The notes: generated by a model not told the origin, from the letters alone. DNA of 62,732 nt, filler included, from Aduncisulcus paluster (GCA_024181965.1; 5 parts of 5 records of this genome joined end to end with filler, not necessarily neighbours in it), one strand, 5' to 3'. Positions 46,978 through 59,099 are shown, numbered from the whole stretch's first letter. Program-made: numbers and translations.

Positions 46978-48423
46978 ATGTTATCATATGAATCAATCCT
47001 AAAATTTACTCTCGACGAGGCTAAAAGATGTGAATCTTCTCTCAAACATCAAGAAGCTTTCTTTTATTATAGTTATTACCTAAAAAATCTCTTAAAGTCT
47101 GCACAAGAACAAATCAATGAAGGAACAGTTATTAATTGTGCTGTTCCTTCATTAAAAAAATGTGAGGTGTGTTCAGCACACCACCTATCAAAGTTGTCAG
47201 CTTCTTTCCGAAAGTCTACCGAGAAGGAAATTCCTCCTGATCAATTTGAAGAAGAATTAAAGAGTAATATTTCTGTTTACATTTCTCAATTGTCCCTCAT
47301 TCGACAGGGGCAAATTGAACCCAAGCTTGATTTTTCTCAATCTTCCCATCCCAAGAGTGCTTTAATTCACTTGTTTTTCTATCAATTGTTTTCTAAAAGT
47401 GAGTATAGCGCCCATTCTCTCCTTAAAATTATCAAACGAATTATTTCATTGTATTGTGGGACATTGACATGGATGTATCGTACTTCAAGTTCTCTAATTG
47501 CAAAGAATTGTACTATTCTCGTTGAAAGTCGTCCAAAAACAGTTTCTCATCTTGATCTTGGCAAATTGAGATCCGAAGTGATGAAAACCTCCCTTTCACA
47601 AGCCCAGGGATTATTCGCGAGTATTGTGACTTCTATCGGTTTTTTATGCGAACAATACCTTTCTGATCGGGTTGTATTTGATGATTTATGTAAAAAGGCC
47701 GTGAAATTGGTATTAACAACACAACTGTATCACCAATGTTTCTCCTTATTCAACTTGTTATTTGGATTAGTTACAGGGCCAGATGAACAATCTTTATTGA
47801 TTGATAGTTCCAGATATCTGCTAAATATGACAAAGAAACGCATTGGACTGCCTCCTTCATCTTGCCTCGAGACTGAACATGAACCCACTGTTTGTGTCGA
47901 TTATCGCTTCTTTGAAGGAGTTGCTGGCTCTCCGTATTACTTTAAGATGGATCCGAGCAAAGTTAATGCGCCGACATTATGTTCTTTCCCACGAACTTCA
48001 GCCCATCTTGCGACTTGTTTTATTCCCTCCATTACAACCTTGGGCGTGAGGACTCTTCCTTTGGTCACTGATCCAAGGAAGATCTGTTCCATGCTCAATG
48101 ATGCTCTTAAGTTCCTTGTCGAAGAAATGAGAGAAAATGTGACAGCTAACAAAGATATCATTCCGGAAGGAGAAGTTACGGTGGCTTCCTTACTAAAGCC
48201 CCCTGTTCACATCCTAATTTCTCTCGCTTCAATAGCTGTTGCTGATGCCATCCTATTCAAAGGACGGGAGGGACAATACCTTGAAACTGTGATGTATGTT
48301 TCAGAGTTTGTTAATCCAAAGATGCTTGAAGAGAATTTCTTCATAAAACATATGCAACCTATTGTTAAAATAATCGAAAATGCAAGGATATCAGCAAAAT
48401 CTACTTTTTCTGCTAGTAAATAA
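46978..48423 (+). CDS. Divergent VPS9-domain-like protein (VPS9D1-like architecture)
   Basis: N-terminal helical EAKRCE..KHQEAFFYY; C-terminal DPRKICSMLNDA..VTVASLLKPPVHILI..YVSEF..EENFFIKHMQPIVKII follows VPS9 spacing. Confidence 0.45.
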   Translation: MLSYESILKFTLDEAKRCESSLKHQEAFFYYSYYLKNLLKSAQEQINEGTVINCAVPSLKKCEVCSAHHLSKLSASFRKSTEKEIPPDQFEEELKSNISVYISQLSLIRQGQIEPKLDFSQSSHPKSALIHLFFYQLFSKSEYSAHSLLKIIKRIISLYCGTLTWMYRTSSSLIAKNCTILVESRPKTVSHLDLGKLRSEVMKTSLSQAQGLFASIVTSIGFLCEQYLSDRVVFDDLCKKAVKLVLTTQLYHQCFSLFNLLFGLVTGPDEQSLLIDSSRYLLNMTKKRIGLPPSSCLETEHEPTVCVDYRFFEGVAGSPYYFKMDPSKVNAPTLCSFPRTSAHLATCFIPSITTLGVRTLPLVTDPRKICSMLNDALKFLVEEMRENVTANKDIIPEGEVTVASLLKPPVHILISLASIAVADAILFKGREGQYLETVMYVSEFVNPKMLEENFFIKHMQPIVKIIENARISAKSTFSASK

Positions 48424-48824
48424 TTGTTTTTGTGGCCAGAGTGATGTTTTCCTCCCCGCCCTTCTTTTTCTCGCTTTGATAATATTATCCCAAAAATACA
48501 ATCAATAAGTGGTTGCGACATTAAATAATATTGATTATATTGTATGAATATGTTATCTGCCTCGCATAATTTATTGATATCTCTTCTTGATTGTCTTTTT
48601 TTGGTTATTTCAATAGTTGAGACTCAATTATTTATTTTTACTTTAAAAATCTAATATTTCAATATAATTAATAATAATTTTTCGTCTTGATGCGAGTTTT
48701 ATCCAGCGAAATTAGTTATTTGAATTCCGTGCAGTTGTGACAACTGGTGTTTCGAGATTTGACCATTTTTTCCATGAAACTATTTATTTGCAAGAAAATT
48801 TTGCTAGAGTGATTTCAACTAAGG

Positions 48825-51192
48825 TCATATCACTGATTCGGTGGATATTTCGGAAATATCAACAACATCTCTTTTTTTTGAAACTTGAAAGAGAAATCCA
48901 CCCAAAATAACCATTTCAATATACTCTATTCGCATATCTAATATTGATTCCTCGAGTAATATATCGGAATCCGCACATTTAAGACACATCCCACAATACA
49001 TATCTGTAATATGTTCTATAATATGGTTTTCCATGGAGATATTTGAAAACCAATGGAGAATCTCGGTTCGAAAATGATTTGAAAAACCATATTTTTCGGG
49101 AAAAATTGAATGGATGATCCTTTTGAAGAATGGAGAAAGATCAACGTATGGTATGTAGTGTGGGACGTATGAGTGACTAAGGATTGAATTATTGACAATA
49201 GACGACATTAAAGAAATTGTTCTTGATCGACCATATTTCTCAACAAGACTATGCACAAAATCACGTTTATCCCTCCAAACGTCCTTTTCGAATGTCAAAG
49301 CTCTGATAATATTATAATTTGAGGGAACTACACAAAATACAGGATATTGAATGAATTTAAGAGTCGAATATGTGTAATCACACGGAATAGGACAGAGTTG
49401 AACTGGAGGATTGGGGGATATGAGTGATTTGAAAACACAAGGAAGATCCAATTCAAAAATGTATTTTTGGTCAATAGGTTTTGTTATCTTTCCTTTGGAA
49501 AAATATTGACTCAAGGGGAATTGAGTAAATAACTTTATACATTGAAGAACATACAATCCACAATCAATGGAATTCAGTTGTTGAGACCGATTTGTAAATA
49601 ATTTGAACATGGGATACGGATTTTCACCACTAAAACAAAAAAATTTCTTTGGAATAATCAATTTCTTCTTGCGAATTTTCTTTTTCGATCTACATTGTGA
49701 CACCAACTTCACAATCGGAATATCTGCTTGTCGTCTTTTCCCAAGAGAATCACAAGATAAACATATACTTGATGAAGAGGAAGATTTGGTTGAAAATTGA
49801 GATAAGGGGTCTTGTGAAAACGATTTTGAAATCATATCTTTGACTCGATCATTTCCAAGAAAAAATGAGACAAAATCATTCAAAAAAGATCGAATTAAAG
49901 CCCCAGAACGACCTGCACCGCGAGAAGCTGAATCAAGAAAGAGCATTGATGGTGGAAACAAAGCTGAATTGCTTTCAATAAGAGTTGGTTTTGAACATTT
50001 TGATGCTTCTCGATTCGCTGAGAATGGCTTACGCAGTCTTTTGTCATGAAGAATAAGATTACACAGTTCATTATAACAATATAAACCAAGGATTTGTTTA
50101 AGAATAGCGCCATCGAATGCAAATGATTAAAGTCCAGTGAAGGTCCTGATTTACGGGGATGAAAAGCATTTTACATTGAAATATATTATTTGGAATCCAT
50201 GGTAAGAGTTTCGATATCGGAAATTGATTTTCTAGCAAAGATAGAAAATGAGGAGAGAAAAATTCAGCTCCATCGAGATCTGAACTGAAAAATGGTCCAT
50301 GTTTTGGCAATAGAAGTGGAAATATTTTATGTTGTGCGAGGATCATTGGATATTTATCAATAACATTATCACTAATAATGTCAAATGGATTGCTACACTC
50401 ATTAATTTCATAAATTGAGGAGAGATGAATCATCATATCTGGGAGTTTTACAGGATCGAATGTTCTTTGAAATTGATAAAAACGGAAAGAAAAAGACCTA
50501 TTCGAAATATATTCAATAATTTTTGTTTGCGAGAAAAACTCATGAATACTGAATTTGACAGAAGATTGTTTTGTTTGTTCAGAGTGACGACATGTCTCTG
50601 CAATGGAACATTTGAGTTTCGAATCTTGAAACATTCGTACAATGTATTTAAGTGGAAGTTGATTATCAATAAACCCAACAAAATCTGAGTTGAAAAGCTC
50701 AGAAGATGATTCAACTGATTCAGTTTCAGTTTTCCCTGAGTTACACTGAAAAAATATGAAGTCTCGAAGAAGCAACAAGATTGAAATAAATGGAATTCCC
50801 ATCAATGATTCAACAGAATCTTTTCTATCACAATCATCATTGACTGGTAAATCATCAATAATATTGATCAATGTCTTCGAAACTCGTTTCCATGGTATCC
50901 CTTTGCATAAATATTTGGATGTCTTTTCCATTTTTTGAGGTATTTCCGAGAGGATGTGTGGAGTGGGATTATTTAACCCAAACAAAACACGATAAAAACA
51001 TAAACATAAGAGTTTTGTTTTAATTGCGTCTTTCAACTTCGGAGGTGGTAATAATGTCCTTTCTTTGGAAGATTTTCGACGTTTTGACCTTCCGAATCGA
51101 ACACATTTTGATTTGTCCTGAAATGATATTTTCTGGTCTGAAGTTGGGCTTTTTTGAGATAGTGATTTGTGAAATAACTCAGAAATATCCAT
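48825..51192 (-). CDS. Ulp1/SENP-like (peptidase C48) protease with +1 frame discontinuity near 50115
   Basis: LFIPVNQDLHWTL (His), MLFLDS (Asp), QQLNSIDCGLYVL (Gln/Cys). The second frame is open back to about 50126 and overlaps the first. Confidence 0.78.
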
Positions 51193-51823
51193 CTTATTAT
51201 GTGAATAAATGCCAGGAAAACTATCAAATCGAAATCCAAACAAATAATATAAAAAGAGATATTAAACAAATGACAGCAATCGAAAGACAAAAAATAAATC
51301 TGGAGATAACGTGGATGATTTAAATAAGATTTAATAAAAATTTTTCCTTATACCAACGAAACGTAGCCAAGGAAAACTGGATTAAAATATTTCCGACAAC
51401 TTCATGGATGCTATCTGAATGTATTCTCCCACCAATGCAAGTAATATCCTTAATCTCCATTAATTGCATTTTATTACCAATATAATACCATTGTACTTGC
51501 AAGTCATCCTATGTTTTCCAATGACAACAATGTTTCAGAAACAAAAGGTCTTTCTTCGATGAGAGTGTTTAAACCTTCGGCATAGTAGTTTAACGGGAGA
51601 ACATCCATCTACTACTTTGAAGATGGTTCAACAAATGTTGAAACAACTACGATGTATTGTGTGGAAAGTATTGGTTCGACTCCAGTCAGTTGCCGTTTTT
51701 TAAAATTTTTGATTTTCTTATTCNNNNNNNNNNNNNNNNNNNNNNNNNNNNNNNNNNNNNNNNNNNNTTAATTAATTAANNNNNNNNNNNNNNNNNNNNN
51801 NNNNNNNNNNNNNNNNNNNNNNN

Positions 51824-53193
51824 CCTGTATGGGAAACAAGGGACACATGTGTTTCTTATCTCAATCTGGAGCTATGTGCACTGCTATGCTTGACTGGTCT
51901 GAACTCACTGGTCTTGGTTTCAGTGCCTTTGTTTCTGTTGGTTCCATGCTTGACGTTGACTGGGGAGACTTGATCCGTTACTTTGGTGATGATAAGGATA
52001 CTAATGCCATCATCTGTTACGTTGAAGGTATCGGTGACGCTGCCTCTTTCTTCAATGCTGCCCGTGAGGTTGCCCCCAAGAAGCCCATTGTCCTCATCAA
52101 GGCTGGTCGTACTGATGCTGGTTCTGCTGCTGCTGCCTCCCACACTGGTTCCCTTACCGGTGCTGATGACGTTCTTGACGCCGTTCTTGAACGTGCTGGT
52201 GTTCTCCGTGTGACTGACATTCAGGATCTCTTCGCTCTTGGTCAAACCATCGCCACTCAACCCCTTCCCAAGGGTAAGCACATGTCCATCGTTACCAACG
52301 CTGGTGGACCTGGTGTTCTTTCCACTGATGCTCTCTGCCTCGGTGGTGGTGAATGCACTAAGATCTCTGAAAAGACCATGGAAGAGCTCAACGCTTTCCT
52401 TCCCGAGGCCTGGTCTCATGCTAACCCCATCGATGTCCTTGGAGATGCCAGTGGTGAAGTCTACGCTAAGACTCTCGAGATTGCTGCTGCTGATGAGAAT
52501 GCCCACGGACTTCTTGTTATTTTGACCCCTCAGGAGGTTACTGACTGCACTGGTACTGCCGAGTGTCTTGCTGAATACGCTACCAAGACTGGTAAGACTG
52601 TTCTTGCCTCTTGGATGGGAGGTAAAGAGGTTGCCGAAGGTAAATCTCTTCTTGAGCGTGCTGGTATCCCTTGCTTCTCATACCCCGATGCTGCTTGCCG
52701 TGTGTTCAACCACCTTAACAGATACAGAGACATTATGAGAAAGCTCTACATCTTCGAGGAGAAGGAGGGTCGTCCCAACGTTATCCCTGCTGATGGAAAG
52801 AGAGAGAAGGCCTTTGAGATCATCAAGCCCGCTTTGGACTCTGAGCGTCCCATTTTGACTGAGGCTGAGAGTAAGGATCTCTTGAGCCTCTACGACATCC
52901 CCACCAACATCACCCGTGTTGCCTTTACTCCCGAAGAGGCCGCCAAGATTGCCACTGAAGTTGGTTTCCCCGTTGTTGTTAAGATTCACTCTGAGACGAT
53001 CACCCACAAGTCTGATGTTGGTGGTGTCAAGATTGGACTCAAGGATGAAGCTGCTGTCATGGCTGCCTTCAAGGATATGGAGACTCGTATCGGCAGACCT
53101 GGATTCCTTGGTGTCACTGTTCAGGATCAAGTTTCATTCAAAGATAGTCACGAAGTCATGCTTGGTATGGTTCGTGATCCCCAATATGGACCC
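51824..53193 (+). CDS. ADP-forming acetyl-CoA synthetase (fused alpha-beta type), internal part; homology stops at GTATGT (53194)
   Basis: [28 protein letters not shown] (phospho-His), [40 protein letters not shown]. Confidence 0.93.
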
Positions 53194-53209
53194 GTATGTT
53201 TCAATCCTT

Positions 53210-53664
53210 TTGTGTATTATACGCATTAGCGAAGGAATAGAGAAGGATTTATTAAGTGAAATTAAGCTGTGTGTTTTCACACAATCGGTAAGTTTCTAAT
53301 ACACTTGTATTGTTTTAAATTAAGAAAATGTTTTTACTTCGGAAACTAAGTTCCTATAAGTGAGAGTTGCAGCGTAACTATTGATATATCATATATCATT
53401 TTCCAGGAGGCATTGTAGCAGTGCGAGGATCATTAATAGAATCACTACGAATTCCTTTCTAGCTTGATTGATTTACTCTCTCACGATATTGTTCCATCGA
53501 TCAATCTCTCGCCTTTATTCGAGTCGCTATTATCCGTAGAAGATGGGAAATATGAATCTGTTTATTATTGCCTCGATGAAGTATTCAAAGGACTCACCCA
53601 GATCGATAGAAAGGATCGTATGGGGGTTCATGAGGCAAGATTGAGAGTTGGTTTTGATGAATGA
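53210..53664 (+). pseudogene. Degraded ORF, possibly a protein kinase C-lobe remnant
   Basis: Multiple stops and frameshifts; LDEVFKGLTQIDRKDRMGVHEAR resembles kinase subdomain XI; weak. Confidence 0.3.
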
Positions 53665-53784
53665 TTATAAAACGAAGCTAAAATAATTTACTTATTTGAA
53701 GGGGGTTCATGATTTGACGGCAAATTTTACAACTTGAATAATAGATCTAACGGTGCAAGGATCATAAATGGAATCACGAGTGAT

Positions 53785-54858
53785 CTAAGCCCTGGAAGTA
53801 TCTTTATCAGTTTTCCACCACCGACGCCCATTGGATACTTGATTTTCTTCTGAATTTGACGCAGCCTCCTCCGTGTCATTTTGGGAGTCATCGACAGGCG
53901 AGTCAACAAAACGATACATGATATAGGCTCCAAGAAAAGATAGAGCACCAACAATCATCAAAATCCAACCAGTTAGCTTAAAATTGAAAGTCTTTTCGGC
54001 AGCTACCGCTTCACCAAAATCTCCGCCAAAATAATTTTGATAAACAAAACAAGGGGAAGTTACATCAAGAACATACACTGAGAGAAGATTCACTGGTACG
54101 GCGGACACAGAATTATCACAAGTAAAAGTAACACCATCAGAATCATCTGTGGTCACAGCTGTTTTGTTTGCAAAAGTCACGTACGATAGATCATAATCGT
54201 CTTCACCAAGTGGAATAATGCCAATTTCAAGCGCTTTTGGGTAGATAACACTCTCACAAGTGTCAGTACAATAGAGTTCAGTTTCAGAATCACAGGTGGA
54301 TGCATCGTCTGCTATTCTCCATTCCTCATCGAGGTAGAGTTGATTAGAATTAAAAATTTGTTCAAGGCCCTTAAAGATTGAATAGAGTCCAATAACCTCC
54401 CAGGAAAAATTACCAGTTCTCGGTGAGCTATACCGATCAGAGAAATCATAGCGAAGGTAATAATCTTCCATATCCGTGGCGGAAAAACCTCTTTCTTCAA
54501 GAGCAGCCATATCTTTGTCGGAAACATCGCAAGAAACATTGTCATACTGAGTAAGGTGGTAAATATCTATATTCGTTTCAATGGATCCTTCGATGTAGAG
54601 GTCCATGGATGAGTATAAAAAGGCTGATTTCAAGTCAGCTGCAGTGTTTGTTGAGTATCCCTCCATTCTTTCGATAAAGAGATCAGCATTAGTATCTCCA
54701 GTATCTTTTTTTTGTTTGGAAAATCCCACAATAACAAAGACTATTCCGATTATCAGCAGAAGGAGACCAAGTACAGTCATGAGGGCAATAACTATAGATT
54801 TCCTATCTTCCTTTTCCTTCTCTTCATTCTTCACAATAATTTCATTATTATCAATCAT
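53785..54858 (-). CDS. Two-TM membrane protein with Cys-containing luminal/extracellular loop
   Basis: ATG at 54858 (MIDNNE); TMs IVIALMTVLGLLLLIIGIVFVIVGF and LTGWILMIVGALSFLGAYIMY; acidic loop. Confidence 0.75.
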   Translation of the reverse strand: MIDNNEIIVKNEEKEKEDRKSIVIALMTVLGLLLLIIGIVFVIVGFSKQKKDTGDTNADLFIERMEGYSTNTAADLKSAFLYSSMDLYIEGSIETNIDIYHLTQYDNVSCDVSDKDMAALEERGFSATDMEDYYLRYDFSDRYSSPRTGNFSWEVIGLYSIFKGLEQIFNSNQLYLDEEWRIADDASTCDSETELYCTDTCESVIYPKALEIGIIPLGEDDYDLSYVTFANKTAVTTDDSDGVTFTCDNSVSAVPVNLLSVYVLDVTSPCFVYQNYFGGDFGEAVAAEKTFNFKLTGWILMIVGALSFLGAYIMYRFVDSPVDDSQNDTEEAASNSEENQVSNGRRWWKTDKDTSRA

Positions 54859-56099
54859 TTTGAATATCAATGTCAGCAAAAAGAACAAAAGAAAAAAAAA
54901 AAATTTCAACCTCAAAAGACCAAAAATAGATTGTCCCTCAATTGATGTAATTCCATCAACCAGCCGTAAAGATGGCAAACAAATACAATGATATCAAATA
55001 ATTCATCAGCTATAAATTAATTTGTTTTATAATTGACNNNNNNNNNNNNNNNNNNNNTCTTCATTCTTCACAATAATTTCATTATTATCAATCATTTTGA
55101 ATATCAATGTCAGCAAAAAGAACAAAAGAAAAAAAAAAAAATTTCAACCTCAAAAGACCAAAAATAGATTGTCCCTCAATTGATGTAATTCCATCAACCA
55201 GCCGTAAAGATGGCAAACAAATACAATGATATCAAATAATTCATCAGCTATAAATTAATTTGTTTTATAATTGACCCTTTTTATCGGCTCATCCAAGATG
55301 AAATAAAAATCAGGGTTTCTCGACGATCTGAGCAAAATTTTCGGGGAATAAAAAGATTTTTCAAATTATATATTTATAATCTTTAATAAATTATGTCTAT
55401 TATATGGTTTAAGAATAGGTTTGGAAGCGTGAAGGTTACCTTAGGGTTTTTAAGAATTACCACGAAGATTTCGATTTTTACCATAACTGTTACCACTTGA
55501 GTAAAATTTTTTTACGAAAAGCCAAATATTTTTACCACTAAGCATATAGTGGCTCTGCAAGGTGAATTAAGGTGTATAATAAAGGAATTAATCCAAATAA
55601 AGGTTATATATATAGTAAATGTTCAATTAATTCATAGGCGGTGCCATTATTGTGTTGTAGTGGTGTAAGGTCACCATCTGGGAATAACTGATCAAATCAT
55701 ATGACAATTTAAACAAGATGTGGAATTACAATACCAAAAGGTGGCTTCGAAATAAGATTTAGCTATGTTAATGCTGAAAATTCAGATCACTGATCTCAGA
55801 TCAAAAAGGCGGCCATTTTGTATTGGGAAGGAAATGATATGCTATTTCGAGACCAATTATAATATTCATAGTTGAAAATCTAATTGAGCGAATATTCATA
55901 TTTCTTATTTGTAGTCATGTTGGATATTGGAGAAATAGAAAACAACAGAAATTTTTTGTTGCTTATCCAGCCTTTTCAACACAAATTTGTTTAATATTTT
56001 TCAAGTTACATATATTTGAATTTCATTTATGGCATAGATTGGCACTGTATTTTCGTTTGTTCCGCTATTGCTCGTCTAAATTCGTCTCATCCTGATCCT

Positions 56100-57010
56100 T
56101 GATGTTTTGCTATTAGTCTTTTGAAATAAGATGTACCAACAAGTTCTTTGATAATGTCGATTCCTTTATTGTAGCAATTGAACCTATTCCATCGACTACC
56201 TTCTCTCGGTTCGAAAACTCACTTGTTACGTCGTAGCAGCTACGATGAGCATGGATCTCAGCTTTGATGGAATCTCATATTCTCTTGACATCAATTCTTT
56301 CACTGCATATGACCATGAGCCATGTGGTGTTGATGAGGATGATATGGCAGCCCTTGAAGAGAAGGGTATTTCAAGCTCTGATGTGGAAACATATTCCTTC
56401 AGGCTTATTCCTTTAGCGATCTTCGATATTTCAGGTGTCTATGGACTTGATATATATGCATCCATTGAGATGTTTGAAGATAGTATTTCCAGTTTATCGC
56501 CATCAAAGAGGTATATATGAACTGAGAGTGAATATGACTCGACTGACAATGATGGGGATTGCTATGATTGTGAACAAATATGTTATGCCCCACATTCATA
56601 TGCAGAATATCTCTCGATTAGCTATGCAAAGACTCTTGACGTTGGAATAACACCCAAACACACTTCAACGTATCCAAACACATATTCTGTGAGCAGTCTC
56701 TTCCTCTCAATGCCCTTTCTCTGAATATTTATGACATTACCACCTATTGTGGGGTTTATCAAGCAACTTATGGTATGGAGATTTTGGAGATGACTTGTGT
56801 TACCAAGTGTTCTGTGTTAGTTAGTGTCTTCATGGTGATTATTGGGGGATGTCTCGGTATCTTTGCCATTGTTTCGTATTTGATGGAGTGTTGTAATCTT
56901 GAGAAATGTTTGAATGTGTGTTCTGGGAGCATTTTGGTTTTGATAAATGATTGTAAAACGAAGCAGAAGAGGAGGGGAAAGAAGAGGCAAGTGAGAAAGA
57001 CTGAAGATGC
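56100..57010 (+). pseudogene. Frameshifted paralogue of 53785-54858
   Basis: SMDLSFDG..YDHEPCGVDEDDMAALEEKG vs SMDLYIEG..YDNVSCDVSDKDMAALEERG; PLNALSLNIYDITTYCGVYQ vs PVNLLSVYVLDVTSPCFVYQ; several frame breaks. Confidence 0.7.
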
Positions 57011-57836
57011 TATTTATTATTGCTATTTCCATTTACTTGTCATTTTCTCATCACTGTCGTTTATTATTCATTTTTTTACAGTTTGCAAATATCTTCCTTG
57101 TTTATTCCCTTTGTTCGTCCATGCTTCATAGGATCGGCCATTTTCCTCTCAAATCCTTTTTCTACTTCCAAAGCTTTATGAGATCCGTTTTACATTTATA
57201 TATACTTTATATATCCTCATGCTGTCCTATTTCTTGACTGCAAAAGCTATAATTGGACTCAATTGATGTGATTTTGAAAGTGCAAATCTATTTTTAGAAA
57301 ATCTATTTTTAGAAATGTACTTTTCTATTTCTCTTTGTTTTTGATATTTGAGCGTTTTTAGGTTTGATACCTGTCAAAAAATGGGTTGTATTGTTGTGAT
57401 TCCTTGCATTGAGTTCATGTGAGATTGTTGAGTCCAATGTGCTTGAATGAGTGAGTGAGGGTTGGTGAAATGGTATGAAAACTGTATTTATTCTCATTTG
57501 AATCCTCAGTTGAACAAGTAAAATCATCACTGAGACAGTTCTGCTACATTGTCGTATTTAAGTTCCTAGATCCTCTTCCTATTCATGAGTTATTGAAAGT
57601 GTTAACCCTGTTTAGGGTGGCTAGCAAATTTATTATCGAGAATTAGAGCCGGTCAAGGTGTTTCCATGTTTTTTGATCCGTTTGAATTATCCCATTAATA
57701 CATGTTATCAATAGAGCAGTCATAGGATTAATAAATTTATAACGAATAATTATGTTTTGACTATATATTCATTCACAATTGAAACAAAATTTTGTGACTC
57801 ACATGACACTTCTGAAATTTGTTTTTTTGAAAACAA

Positions 57837-58367
57837 ATGGATTATTCTCGTGTCTTCAATAGCACTGATAGAGAAGGCATGAAGGTTTGGAGAAAATATA
57901 AATTGCTTTGCGGTAAGGAGAAAACTTCAAAAGAGAAGATAATTGAAATGGGCATATCCGACATAACGTCACATTTTATAACACAATCTGATCACAAAAT
58001 CTATTGCATTAGATGCGAAAAATCTATAAATGCGTCTTTCAGATCAATAGTATCTCATATCACATCAAAATCACATCATGAAAGTATCAGCACTAGTTCT
58101 TCCAAAGAAACCGCCGAAAAAAGAGAGTTTAGAAAGGAAATTGCAAAACTTGCAGCAAAGAACTTTATTTCAATTAATGCAATTTGCAAAATACTAAATG
58201 TCGAAATTCAACGAATTATTCGAAATCTTTCAACTCCAGTACGACTTGTACCATCAACATTATATGCGGTTTCTTCCAGAACACTGCAAAGTGATTTGAA
58301 TTATATTCGGGAACACTTAATTAAACCGCCTTACTCTATCATTTTGGATAAGTGTATTTCAAGAGGA
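57837..58367 (+). mobile_element. hAT-like transposase N-terminus (Zn finger plus first catalytic-Asp strand), truncated by contig end
   Basis: IYCIRCEKSI..SIVSHITSKSH finger, A.N.IS.NA helix and PYSIILD motif typical of hAT-derived proteins. Confidence 0.55.
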
Positions 58368-58578
58368 NNNNNNNNNNNNNNNNNNNNNNNNNNNNNNNNN
58401 NNNNNNNNNNNTTAATTAATTAANNNNNNNNNNNNNNNNNNNNNNNNNNNNNNNNNNNNNNNNNNNNTATGAGTAAATTGGCTTACGCTCAAGGATTAGT
58501 GTTGTTATCAACCACAGTATATATACTTGTGTTCGTTTTAACTACCTAATTTTTGCTTTTCTTAATTAATTCTTAATC

Positions 58579-59021
58579 ATGTTATCGGTCGAAGTCCAAA
58601 CACCTAAGCTCGGCAAACTGAGCAAGGATAATTGGATAAAATTCACTAATGAGTTCAAAACTTATAAAAACAGAGGTGGAACTGAACAGTGGATGAGTTT
58701 GATAGATCCAAGAAGGATGGGGTCATTAAAGGCAATGTACCTTGCAAAACTTGATGATTATGAAGAAAAATTGAATAATTATTCAATTAAATTTAACAAG
58801 GCCGATGAGAATCTGGAAAAAGCGAAAGAGGAGTATGATTCGACGGATTCAAAGGAAAAAACAAAGAAAGACCAACTAAAGAAGAAGTTGGAAAAGCTGG
58901 AAGGGGACGTCCGTAAATATTCCGATAAGATATTGTCCACACGTGACGAAATGTACGAAGAATTATGGGCAGCCTTGAACAAAGCTTTCGGAAGCTCTAC
59001 AAAGAAGGATTTTATTGATTC
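58579..59021 (+). mobile_element. gag: Gag-like ORF of an LTR retroelement, interrupted by the chromovirus 3' LTR
   Basis: PKL......W..F..EF..Y...GG N-terminus and ELWAALNKAFG helix typical of Ty3/Gypsy capsid; the frame runs into the antisense LTR at 59022. Confidence 0.55.
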
Positions 59022-59099
59022 TGTTGTAGACGTTAGCAATTTATTGAATAAATGTGATCGGAGTGATCAAGGTTCTATAAATAGATCTGAGAAGTTACA
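59022..59099 (-). repeat. 3' LTR (78 bp) of the chromovirus
   Basis: Minus strand TGTAAC...TATTTATA...AATAAA...CTACAACA (TG..CA), immediately after polypurine tract GAGGGGGAAG (59100-59109). Confidence 0.75.

Noticed and set aside
32700..50130. Genome-wide programmed +1 frameshifting or alternative genetic code
   Set aside because: The three breaks share no slippery context, long genes read through in the standard code with all three stops used, and indel errors are demonstrable.
53200..53215. TCCTTTT after the ACS donor as the Giardia TCCTTTACTCAA processing motif
   Set aside because: Only about 6 matching bases in T-rich DNA; not significant.
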